A program made the translations under genes and the position numbers. The notes beneath the pieces were generated by a model that did not search any database, was not told the origin of the DNA, and saw only the letters and a program-made list of their open reading frames with translations. Below are positions 1-12,700 of a stretch of DNA of 64,000 nucleotides, one piece after another. Where the stretch lies: positions 87,236,001 through 87,300,000 of the forward strand of contig NW_024704742.1 of the NCBI RefSeq assembly GCF_018977255.1. Direction: 5' to 3'. Source of the DNA: Callorhinchus milii. Lineage: Eukaryota. Position 1 is the first letter of the stretch, and each line of letters opens with the position of its first letter.

Positions 1-632
1 TAGAATTTTGGAGAATTCTTAGCTTTAATCTTAATTTTGGAAACCATTTTTCTGCAGGGTTTTGTTAGCAGGGAAAAACGCTTCCGAATTAAAATTGAAT
101 TTAGCTAAATCAGAGTATTGACATGTCATGAGCTGGTGCAGAGGCCAGCTAATTCTCCTTAAAGAAGTTCAGAAAAGTAAAGAAAGCGATTCCCAAGGCT
201 GCTTAAACCAACACACACGCTGGAAGGATCACTGAACTGAAATCATAATCGTGGAACCCTGGATCACTAGCCAAGTGCAATGGCATCCAATTAGGGCACT
301 CCCATCTTCTTTTGCAGACCAACATAAATTTCAAGCATTCCCATTAAAATATATTAACTTTGTTTTAAGTCAAAGTCCTGCTTTGTGTTAGAAACATGAA
401 AGTTCTAGGGTAGTTGCTCTCTTTCTGAAAGATTTAATGAAGGGAAAATATAACCTTGTCCAAATTACATAATTATGAAATTCAGAGCCCAGAGCATGCT
501 ACTCTACAGCTAGAGCAGGAGACATAGTGATGATGTGCAGACTAATGGGGATAATGGAGAGAGAAAAAAATAATTTTCACAAGTATCAGAAGTTGAATTG
601 AATTTGTGTCTTTTAATGTTTCATTCTTATTC

Positions 633-706
633 TCAGCTGGACTCTCCTGGTTTTATTACAGCAGCAGAAAAACATTTTTCTAGAATTTCTTTATCCAAGT
701 TTCTAC
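633..706 (-). CDS. ZNG1 (CBWD): ZNG1 terminal coding exon 15 ([24 protein letters not shown])
   Basis: ctcttcacag acceptor; TGA at 635-633. Confidence 0.95.
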
Positions 707-3700
707 CTGTGAAGAGAAATCCAGAACAGTACACAGTGTAAGTAAATCACTCCCACATGTGAATAATGTGTCATGTCAATGAGAAAACAAAAATCATGAA
801 TAATGAATATAAAGAGAGAGGATTTACCTAGTATATCAATCTCCATTACAAAAGATTGTTGTGTAATAATATAGCGTCTTATCACGTCTTCGAGATGATT
901 CAAAGCACTTCACACAATATTCTGTAAAGTGAATTGACTGTATATTTTGTGGGAGAAACGCGTCAGCCAATTGTGCACACAGCCAAGTGTCCCACAAACA
1001 GTCGCAGATTGAGTGACCACATTTTTTCTGAAGGAATTATTATACCCGGAAAGTGATCCCCCAATCGGCTAACATCCGGGTTCCTACTTACTCCAAGGTA
1101 AACATAGGTGTGTGTGTGTGTGTGGAGTAAGGAAACTTGCCTAAGGTGGTTCGGCAGTGTAAATTGGGATCGGCAAGAAGTGTTGAGGGCAGATTTTGCA
1201 ACATGTTTATCCCAATGGGCACTGTTCACTGTATGAGAGATGCACTGTACAGTCTCCTAGTTTCCCCATCCAAGCACGATGATATTATACTGCGATACTG
1301 CACTATACTACTTTCCCCCACATCCTAAGATATGGCACTCATTTATTCATTGATGAAGGATGAAAGGCTAAGTGAAGCCTATCAGGATTCAAACCTAGGA
1401 CCGCTGGTTGCAAGTCCTGTACTCAAACTGTGTTGTAGAGTTCAAAGAAGAAATATAAGGATCAAATAATAAGCGCATATATTTCTTGCATTGATATAGA
1501 GCCTTATTACTTAATCAAAACATCTCAAAGCACTTCACAGGAATCACTGTAAAGTGTCGTGATTATGTATTTTTTCGCAGCCAATTTGGGCCTAGCAATG
1601 TCTCACAAACAGCCATGAAATGAGTGACCAATTTTAGTTTGAAGGATTGTTGGCCAGGACACTGGGAGAAACTCCCTTCTCTTAATAGTATCCCTAACAC
1701 ACTTCTTCCTTATTTAAGAAAAGTAGTTAAATGTTTTATGAAATACCGCTCTCCCCAGACCTCTGAATAAAAACACACTAGTGTGAAAAACCCTGGACGC
1801 CATGTTTTTGTATTTCCACTTAGTAGGAATCATTTTCATCCTTCTTTCTCTCAGAAGAGTGAGGACAATTGTCATTAAATATGGGAACTTACTGTTCCTT
1901 TGGTCTCAGTACTACATCAACTGAACCATTAAGAATTATTCTGATACTTTTTAAACCAACTTTTACAAAACCAAGTTACATTGAAAAGTCTCAGTTTTGC
2001 TTTCAACTCACTATCTGGTTCAAATTTGAATAAAACACACAACTCCCCCAACTCTCTCCCTTTAAAAAAAGGCAACATATATAACTGGATACGATTTTCA
2101 CTTTCTGGTTACCTATAAAGACAAAACGGTTGAGTCTTTCAGTGTCTGACTCCCAGTTGACAGAAGTCTCTTCTTGCTCGTACAGCTCATGAACACCCTG
2201 GACAATCACCTGCTGTGTTTTTTCCTTTATTGACACAAGAGCCTGGGAAATAATGGATTTATCAAGGATCAATATGTTTACCTTAAATTCCAAATGATTA
2301 ACAACATTTCAGAGTTTTACATACAATTACATCCTATTTACAAAACAGAATACAATTCTCCTATCTACACACAAATAACATAAATTCATGTTAGGATTCT
2401 GAAGCCCACTTGTCTGTTTAGGTAATTGAAAGAGCCAGTAAGACTCTAGTTGAAATTTGGATTTCTAATTTATTGCCAACCTCTCACTTTTTTCTCCTAT
2501 TTAACTCATGTTTCATTTGAACTATATCGTCAGCATCACTTTGTGTAGTCCCAGCTCTAACTTTTAAAACCCATGCAGTATGATACTTGCCCAGCTAAGA
2601 TCTCCAGATCTGTTACTCATACAGTTACGGTCACGTCTGCATCTCTAGGTCTCTTGCTTAAAAGGTGAGCAATATTTTTGATGTTTAAAAGGATGACTTC
2701 CACTACAGTACCATAGTTAAACATAATAATAATAATCCTTGCATTTATATAGCGCTTTTCACGTCGGGAGGACGTCCCAAAGCACTTCACAGAACACACT
2801 GTAAAGTGAATTGACTGTATATTTGTGGGCGAACGCGGCAGCCAATTGCGCACAGCAATGTCCCACAAACAGTCGTAGATTGAAAATGACCAATTTATTA
2901 TTGTTTTTGGAGTGATTATTATTAGGCGTGTGGAATAAGGAAACTTGCCCAAGGTTTCGCCCTGCCTGGAATTGAACTCAGGTCTCTCGCTTGCAAAGTG
3001 AGTGCTCTAACCACTGAGCTACAGGACTCCACAAACATGAAGTGGTAACAACACACCAAAGCCTTCCACTATTTATCCCTTTCATTTTGCGCATTTATTG
3101 CCATAAAATGTCCAAACATACCTTTAGACGTATTATTTCCATTGGGTTGCCTGACTTATTGTTAATGTTTTTTTCCCACAAAAGATTCTGAAAGCGAAGA
3201 CAAACATAGCTTTGAGCCTATGATGCAGTGATAGAGGCTTCTAGTAAGACATTGCACAAGGCTGCATACAATTAAATTTAGTACCAACGCTATTGCAGTC
3301 ACAGGTCCAGTTCCTCTACAAAATAGTTAATTGAAGAATCTTTATGGATGTGAAAGGAGCAAACGGCCAGCAAATTACCAAAACATCCCTTTTATTATTT
3401 TCTGTCACATTAATTTAGTCAGCCCCACTGAACATGGTATCCTTCACCTATTTACAAATAAAACAGTGAGGAACTGTAAAGGGAATGAGATGTACAATGA
3501 GCTGAGTGGAATTGTGAGCAACATAACTCATCACAAACTGCCTGAGAACATTACCATCATCCTCAGGCTGCACACAGGTTACAACTGATCAGATCACAAC
3601 TGCATTATTTGGGAGGTGTGAACCTCAGCAAGATCCTGCTGCTTTCAACCCTACAGAGGCTGGAGGAGCTGTGTAAAAGTGGAGGCACTGGCAACTGGTC

Positions 3701-6700
3701 ACCAGCCCCTCTATCTTATTCTGTGTCTGTGCTGATTCCATACAGGTTCTAACCTGGAGCACATTACAGCCGTAGAAACGCGATAGCGTTATTCCAATGC
3801 TGCATGGGCATTTGGTGCTGAAACTCGCACTTACGGACAGCTCAACTCAACATGAACCAGCACCAGTGCACAAAGAAAATTCAGAATCAATTGTCACCAG
3901 CTCCTCTTCCGTGCTGCTCTTCCCACCTCCAAAGACAGGTGAATATGGCATAAATTCTTTTGTCTTTTTTGGTCAGCTGGGTGTCTGACACATGCAGAAA
4001 CCCATCACCATGCTAAAGAGTGTCTAAACTAAACAGAGCTCCATTCATCCTACCTACACACAGAAATTCCCATATATTGAGTAGGTGGGATGCCTGGAAC
4101 TCTGTTTGGTTTGGGAATTCTTAAGCATTGGTGATGGGTTCCCTCTGTCGGTCAGACACCCGACTGACCAAAAAATCATTTTTTGTACAACCATTATTTA
4201 TGCAGCGTGTTACAAAGGAATGAAAGTAATAATCCTTGCATTTGATATAGTGCCTCATCACATCAAAGTGCTTCTCAGAATATACAACAATTGAATTGAC
4301 TGTATATTTTGTGGGTGAAACACAGCAGTCAATTGTGCACAGCAGTGTCCCACAAGCAGTTGTTGATTGAGTGACCAAATTATTATTTTATTATTTATTT
4401 ATATATTAAGGGATTTTTACCACTGGAAAGCGATCCACCAATTGACTAACATCGGGTTCCTACTTACTGCTGGGTAAACAGAGGCGTGTGGAGTAAGGAG
4501 CTTGCCTAAGGTTTTGCCCTGCCCAGGAATCGAACCTCGGTCCTCTCTTGCGAGGCGAGTACTTCAACCAATACGCTACAGGACTCCACGATGAGTGGAG
4601 TGTACTACACTTAGTGGCTGAAATGAAATCGTGAGCAGTTCATCAAGGTTATCTGAATCTCAAGTCTAGCTACATCCTTAACGCACACCACAGTTGGTAG
4701 TACCGGTACTTCTAGGTGTTGAAGAAGACACTATGTTCCATATTCCACGCTTTCTGTTCACTAGTGGTAAGGAACATGCTGACAGTGATGAACAGAAGGC
4801 TCCACAGATGAAATTACTTTTTAACCTGGAGCCCTTAGTGCACCGCGATTTGAACAGCAGTGACATTGGATAGCAAAAGATTAACTTGACCTCTGCAAAA
4901 TAATGTTAAATGAAACAGGAGCAAGCATTTATAGAGCATACACCTTTGGGATAAGATTTCATTTAATCTTTCAATCCCGTCCAACTACCCGTAGCCATAT
5001 TCTATTTTTACTTCCTGATATTAATTAGCTAAAGCTAAACATGGGGCTTATTTTCTCTTCTTATAGGGGGCGATGAACAAAGCATCAATATATTGGTATC
5101 CATTTGAGAGACCACATTTGGCTCTTTCTGGAGCGAGACACCATGTTTCGAAATGTAACCTATTTCAATGTAGCTCACTCTTAGAAATAAATGACTCCCA
5201 AATCATTAAAATGCTCTTCAATCTGTGTCACTCAATACATACCTTGAGTTTGGTCAGAAATCTCACTACATTGCCAGTTCTACATGCAATAAGAACAGCT
5301 GGATTCAAAGATGAGCAAGAAAGATGGACGAAATAAAAAAGCACACAAGGAAAGACACTGCTGTGGCAACTGAAATAATTTTGTTAACCACATAAAAATA
5401 ATTTTTTATTGAGTCTTATAACACTAAAATGTCTTAAAGTGTTTCAAGGCAATTGTTAAATACAATAACTGTTTTTTTGCTGGTAAATATGGCAGCCAAT
5501 TTTGCAAAGTGGAAGGTACCACAAGCACCAATTTAATGAGTTTACTGATTATTCCGGAGCAACTTTTGGCCAAAGGAAGTCTTTTCACATGAAGGTCAGG
5601 TTCTGCTGAGCACAAACATAAGGGGAAAACAAGAGTCATCAATAAAGCATACCTGGAGGTATTGGTTTAAGTCTTCTTCAAGAATGCTGCCTGAGCATTC
5701 AAACGTAACCGTGATGATGCTCTGCAATAAAGAAAAAAGAGTTTTGCATTAAACCCCCATGAGATCTGTAGATAACAGCACCACTCAGTCGGTTGTTGCA
5801 CAGCATGCGGTGGAGGTTGAATTGGCCCAGAAAAGATCTGAGGTCTGACTTCTGATTTGTGATAGCTTTGGGAGTGAATCAATGAAGTCGAATCAGTGTT
5901 GGGAAAAGCAAGAGCACACTCGGGAGGCATTTTCATGTTGAAGTTGCTTCAGCCTTGCTGAGCGTACAGCAAACAGACCCAAGCATTAAATCAATCCTCA
6001 GGCAGTACTCACTCTCCCAACCTCATTCTAATATACTTCGCTTTCATCAAGTTGGTTACTAAACTGCACTGTAACAAACCACTACAACTTGTATTGATAC
6101 AGCGCTCTTCACGTGGAGTAACATCTCAGAACGCTTCACAGTGGCAGGGTCAGGCATCAAGTAAGGGAGAAGGGTCAGGGGGTGTGATCATAGCTGTGGT
6201 TGAAGTGATGGGTTTTAAGATGGAATTCTATCTGAAAGACAGATACAGGGAGGAATGGGGGGGTGGGGGGGGGGGTGCGGCAGAGATCTGGAGTAACCAA
6301 CATGGTGCTACCTAGACCCGACTGCAGTGAGATAAAGCCAGGAAATGACTCTATGGGATATAGTACATAGGTAGTTTGGGACATATGTGCATGCGACCAC
6401 CAGGAAGGTGGAAGGTAAACTGGATGGACCTTGGTCTTTTTTCATCTAGCATTTCTTATGTTCTTAAAGCTATGGTCTGGCCTCACACTACTTGGGTGTT
6501 AGCAGCAATGTAAGGTGTGAAGCATTTTGAGATGTTCCAACAATGTGATAAGGTGCCGTATCAAATCCAAGGATTATTATTATGCAGATTGTTATTAACC
6601 CACTCTTCTGCTCATACACTCAGCAGCTCAGCAAACTATGTCCTCCTCGCTACCATTAGTGGCTAAGTCTTCAGCAATTGTACGCCAAATCTCATGAACT

Positions 6701-9700
6701 CTGTCCCTCTACCTCTCCTCCCTTGCTCTGACCTCATCTCCATGAAATGCTCCAACATACCATCCTACTTGAAGGATACAACAAAACTACAGCTGTTGTT
6801 GCTGGGGGAGCGCTGCATTGTCGGAGGTGCTGTCCTTCAGATAAAACGTTAAATCAAGGTTCATCTGCCTGTTCAGGTGCACATCAAAGATTCCTTTTCT
6901 CTATTCAGAAATAGCAGGGAGTATCTCCTGGTGTCCTGGTCAACAATCCACCAGAGAGAGAAAAAAAATGTTCAGCTACTTCCTAACTGTTTACAGGAGC
7001 TTGCTGTGAACAAATTGGCTGTTGCGTCCACGACAAATAAACAGCCACCATACTTTACAGAAAGGCTGTGAAGCACTTTGAAACGTTTCGGCGTGATAAG
7101 GCTTTATACAGAATGGAAGTGGCATTTGTTTACAACATCGCCGTGCTCACTTAGTACTGCGATGGAATGCCAGCCTGGATTATGAGCTCAATTCCTGGTG
7201 TGGGGCTCAACCAAAAATCTTCTGACCCTGACGCAAGTGTGCTAACAACTGAGCCAACCTGGCACCGACTTGTAAAATCTTGTTTGTATTTGCGAAGGTT
7301 CTCCAGTCCTTTCTGCAGTGTTACCTCAGAAATATTTCACTGGTGATATTCTGTAATTCAATACACGAACCTCCACAAAGGAACCTTGGAACTTCTGAAT
7401 AGACCAGCAGTTCCAATAAAACATTGCTTCTCAAGACGCCTGTACAGGTGTTAATGACCTGAAATTTCTTACAATTGCAGCTTCAAGCTCATTGTATTAA
7501 AATTTTAGTAAAAAAATTGAGAATTTTTTAAAATTCAGTCTTAATTTGGAAGCCAGTTACTAAAATATCTACAGAAAAACAAAATAGGCTTCAAAATTAA
7601 AACTTTTCCAAAACTCTGCAAGATCTTACATTTTAAAGATGGTGGTTTTAAGGTTGATATCATGAGACACTCCAGGCTTCAGATGCCTCACAGAAACGAT
7701 GCAGTGAGACTGGTAGAAACCACAATCATAAAGGAACTTATTCCAAGTTTGCATTTCACATCATTATTAAAAAGTGCTACATACTCATTGAGCTAACTGA
7801 GGTTTGAGTTCAATTTGAGGCTGGTGAATTTCAGGATGCAATGTATTTTGCTACTGTGACGGAGGGGAATAGTTCAGAATCTCTCCTAATCTTGCTTGAG
7901 AATAGTTGTCAAGAACAGATCCATGCCTAGTCCCTGTGCTCCATAACCTTTTCAGTAAGAAATTAAGCAGAGTTAAAGGGATTTATTTATTTGTTCCATG
8001 CTAACTTTCTATAGGTATAAAGATTGAAGTGGCTAGATTATTTGCTTTTTTCCTATTCTTGGGTATGTATTACATATAAGTCACCTTGCATTTGATATAG
8101 TGCCTTATATTGAAAAGTCTCAAGGGTTTCAGAGATTATTGTAAAGAATAGTGATTGTGTATTTGTATGCAAGCACAGCAGCAAGTTTCCACACAGCAAC
8201 TTTTCGCAAACGGCCATGAAGTGATTGACTAGGATAAACTCTTTTCCTTTCAGATTATGCCATGGGAACTTTAACAGTCACCTGAACACGCAGAGGGGAC
8301 CTTGATTTAACGTCTCATCTGAAATGTGGTACCTCCAACAATGCAGTCAGACTAGTGAGAGTTCAAAATCTTGACACAGTTAAACCCACAATCTTCTGAC
8401 CCAGAGGCAAGAGTACTACTAACTGAGGCAGGTTCACACCTTACAATATATATTTTATATATATATATTATTTATATATATCTCTCTACACACACACATA
8501 GTATATACATTTAATAATTACAGCAAGCAGACAAGTTTTATTTAATTAAATTTCTAAAGCAATGGGCTGTTAATAGCTAAATCCAGTCAATATTGTTTTT
8601 AATCTGACAAGTAATTAAGTAAACCAATAAGTGGACCATATCTGGTGGCAAATTTGTTCAAATAGCAGTTCATAACAGCCATTTACCTTGTCAAGGTGAG
8701 GTCGGGTTGTCTGCATGTGGCAAAACTTTTCCTGCAAACTAAACAAACGGATAAAGGAGTGAGCACAAATCTTCCTACCAAAGGAGGAATTAACTATGGC
8801 TTCTGCACATGCACATGCATAAAAAGCTTAGAGCTATGCTTGATCTCAGCTGAGAGTAATTGGAAGCCTCCAATTGGCAGCAGTGTCCGAGACTTGTGAG
8901 AGGTGATGAAAAGTCAGCCAGTCCTCCCCTTCCTGATCGCTATCCAATGACCATTGCTGGACACATGTATATGCTTGATGAGAACAGGTGTCCTATTTTC
9001 CCACAACGCCACCATCAAGATCAAATTAGCTGTCAGAGTTTACTTATTTGAGGGCGACTGGTGCCCATGGGATCTTCTCATCTGCAAGGTTCAAATTTAC
9101 TTTAGCAGAGACTGAACCATTGGAAAAGCTCTGCCACACAGATGCAACAGTCACAGATGCAGGATATTGCTACTTGTCCACAAAACAGTGGGACTGCTAC
9201 CTGCCTCACCACAACCTCTCATTCTGTGACCATGGTCAGACGCTGCTCGCAGATCCATAGCTGTTTACAGTGAGAAAGAACAGAGGCTTGCTTTTGACTG
9301 GGGTCAATCCTCCACACAGCACAATTACACATGGAGATCATGCGACTTAATGTTACAATGACAGCAAATGAAGCCAAATGTGAATTTAACTGCAAGCATT
9401 TTAAACAAGGCGGTCTAACTCATCTCTGGAAGTGAATGTGGAAGCAATCGTTCTTCACGTTACTGCTGAATTTGATCTTCCTTCTGCATTCAGTCACGAG
9501 CATTAATGCATATTAAGTCGAGAGGGCAGCATTAAGATCAGGACAAAGCTGCAGCCTTTCAGTGGTTATTTGTTGTGCTGCTTGTACCATTGTTTACAGG
9601 CAATCAAAGAAGTTTGGTGACTGCTGTTTGGAGTTTTAATTAACACCTCGAAGGGAACCCTGAAATCTGGACACCAACCCCTCACCCTCCAAGCTGCAGA

Positions 9701-12700
9701 TGTTTGGGCTTAGCTACATCTCCAAAAGAAATTTAGCATCCAGCAGCTAATCCACTGCCACACTGCAAGGACTAGTGGAAGAAAGGAAAACGTGCTCCAG
9801 GAGCAATGCTTTTTGTGTCGGTCAGCAGCAGTGCTTTGGCCTGCTGAGCGATGCCTTGCAGGTAAACATTGTCCAACAGATTACACTTTATTTGTAATTG
9901 TGAAATATGGTCAGGCGCGGGGGGTGAGAATGAGTAGGTGGTAACTTCAAACAAAGCAACCAAGTGGTTTGTGAATGACTCTGAGGGGGTAAATTGGTGA
10001 CGCTGGGCATGCAAGTAGTGTATATGTGAATGGGCTGCTGAGTGGAGGTCTGCTGAATGGATCTCAGTGGGGGAAAGCCAAGTTTAATCCATCAAAACAA
10101 CTAAAGCTCCTAAGAGATTTTTTTCTCCCTGCCCCCTTCGTTTTTATTACCAAGCTGTGAAAAACAGGCTTGTAGAGCAGTTTCACTCTGCCTTTTCTCC
10201 CCACCATCAGCAAGCATATAAATGGGAATGGGATTTATAAACCCGGCCAAGTCACCATTTGTGTGCTTGTACGACACAGAGCCTTGAAAGCAAAGTTTCT
10301 CCAAGCGTAGCTCTCCTGCCACTTATGCATCGAATCGTATTAAATTTGTATTTCCTTATTAAAGGTCCTTTGAATGGATTTGGTGCTATTGCAATCATCT
10401 GTGTAAGAGGTGTATATTGGAGTAAAATCTGAAGACCTTGTGATATTCATCATCTTGGGGAAGAAACCCCTCCTCCCCCTCCAGGGTTGTTATTAATGGT
10501 GAAGTTTAATAGCTGTGTCCACACGGCTGAACTTCCAGCTAACAGCCTTTCAATGGGGGTTTACAGAATATGAGGATGGATGGGTGGGGTGGAGGGTGGG
10601 TGGTGAGGAAGGCATTTGCTTACTGAACAATAACACGTTACATTTATAGAGCGCCTTTCACATTGGGAGGATGTCCCAAGGCACTGAAAAAAGCTTTTAT
10701 CCTGCTAACTGCTGATCAAACACAACACAAGTTGCATTTATACAGCACCCTTCACAGGGGATAGTGTTTCGGAGCACTTAAGTCCATACATAGTTCAACA
10801 TCACAGACTCAACATCTTGGACTTCAAAAGTGAGCCTGTATGGAGGTTCCATCTCCAGTCCATTTGTGGTGATGAATATCACATGGACTAAAAATCTGAC
10901 CCCATTATATGTACTTCAGTTGGATACCCAAGTCATCTTAATGACCGAGGGTAGGGTAAGGAAGAGAAGCGCAAGCCGAGAGAAAAATAGTGAACTGATC
11001 ACTAGGCTACCAGCAATTAAAACAAAATTAAACTATGCAGAACAAATTACCCATTAAAGCATAGCTGCAGAAATAATACTTTGTTTAAAAGAAAACTCAA
11101 AATGACAAATAAACACTATCTTAAATCTCCTTAATCTGGCAAAAAGGCCTAAACATAGGCAAAATAAATGTACTGTAATATTTATCTCAATGACCAATTT
11201 CATTTGTCATGAAATTTTCTTTGTGAAAAAAAATCAACCTGTAACAAATGATTGGAAGATGATGACTGCAGATCCAAATACATACTTTTCATTAGTTTGG
11301 CTGTCAAAGGCGTGCAAATCAAGAACGTTTGAAAGATCAACTCTGAAAGGCAAGAAAACCAAAAGTAAAAAATTACCATGAGACACAAACACAGTACAAA
11401 GAGTGTACTAGGTGGTAAACCGGTTCAGGTGAAGTTGTTGCCACAAAAGCAAAACTTCCTCCTTTGTTTGCTTGTGGAGTTGGGTTGGTTTATTCAATGT
11501 TTGGCAAGTCTGTGTCCATGTAGGATCAGGCAAGAGAGTCCTGGGAGACTCGTTAGGTCACGTGATTTTAAGGAAAGTCCATTTTGCATCATTTGATCTG
11601 ACCTGCACTAACTGCTCTGAGACGCTGGTGCATGAAGGATGCTATATAAATGCACGGTTTTGTTGATTGTTGTTTTTTTATTTCACCTACTGATGCAGGG
11701 AATGGTATATTAATAATAATCCTTGCATTACATTTGGATTGCTACACAAATAAGCAGGTATGAAATGCATTAAACCAGTACAATGTTGACCTTGGTGGTA
11801 AGTGAATACACAAGAGCAAATCACTATCCTTTAGCTCAGCTCATATTTGCGACTAAACCTGGAACTTTCCTCTATGTTCCAACAACTCCATGAATAAACT
11901 CAGAGCCAGAAGGAGTAAAACATCATCTGGCTCAGTGAGTGTGGAGTCCTGCAGCGTATTGGTTAGGGCACTCTCCTTGCAAGCAAGAGGACCCAGGTTC
12001 AATTACAGACAGGGCAAAACCTTAAGACGAGTTTCCTTACTCCACACACCTCCTAGCAGTAAGTAGGAACCCGGTTGTTAGTCGATTGGAAGATCGTTTT
12101 CCAGGAGTAATAATCCCTACCTACCTACATACATAAATCTGGTCACTCAATCCACAACTGTTTGTGGGACACTGCTGTGTGCAATGCGCTGTCGTGTTTT
12201 GCCCACAAAATATACAGTCAATTCACTTTACAGTATGTTCTGTGAAGCTCTTTGAGACATCTTAACAACGTGATAAGGCACTATATGAAATGCAAGATTC
12301 ATTATTATTATTATTATGTTGAAAGGTTCATCGTGTAAGAGAAGGTAGCAGACAGTAGCCGCAATGGCTGATCCGATTGGTTTTGCTTCGCAGTCAGTCA
12401 GCAAGCAAAAAAAAACTTTCAGGAAAAAAACCACATCCTAATGCGTTTGTTTGAGGCACACCAGCGGAACTGCTGCTAAGGGAACATGTCAAATACATTC
12501 CTTGCAATGATCAAAAACAATATTACATCAACTGTTCGTTAAATCCTTTCACAAGATGAAAGCTCATGCGTACAGTGAATAGCCATAAACATACTGTGTC
12601 TGTATTGTATGCTCTCTACAGGGCTCCCAGAACTCATATTTAGGCTCCTACGAGTTTCAAATTAAATGTGAACGGGGAAATCTTATGAGTAACACTGAGC

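Noticed and set aside
1..632. ZNG1 polyadenylation site
   Set aside because: Only ATTAAA variants on the - strand (near 612, 433, 25); I cannot choose among them and the UTR may extend out of the window.
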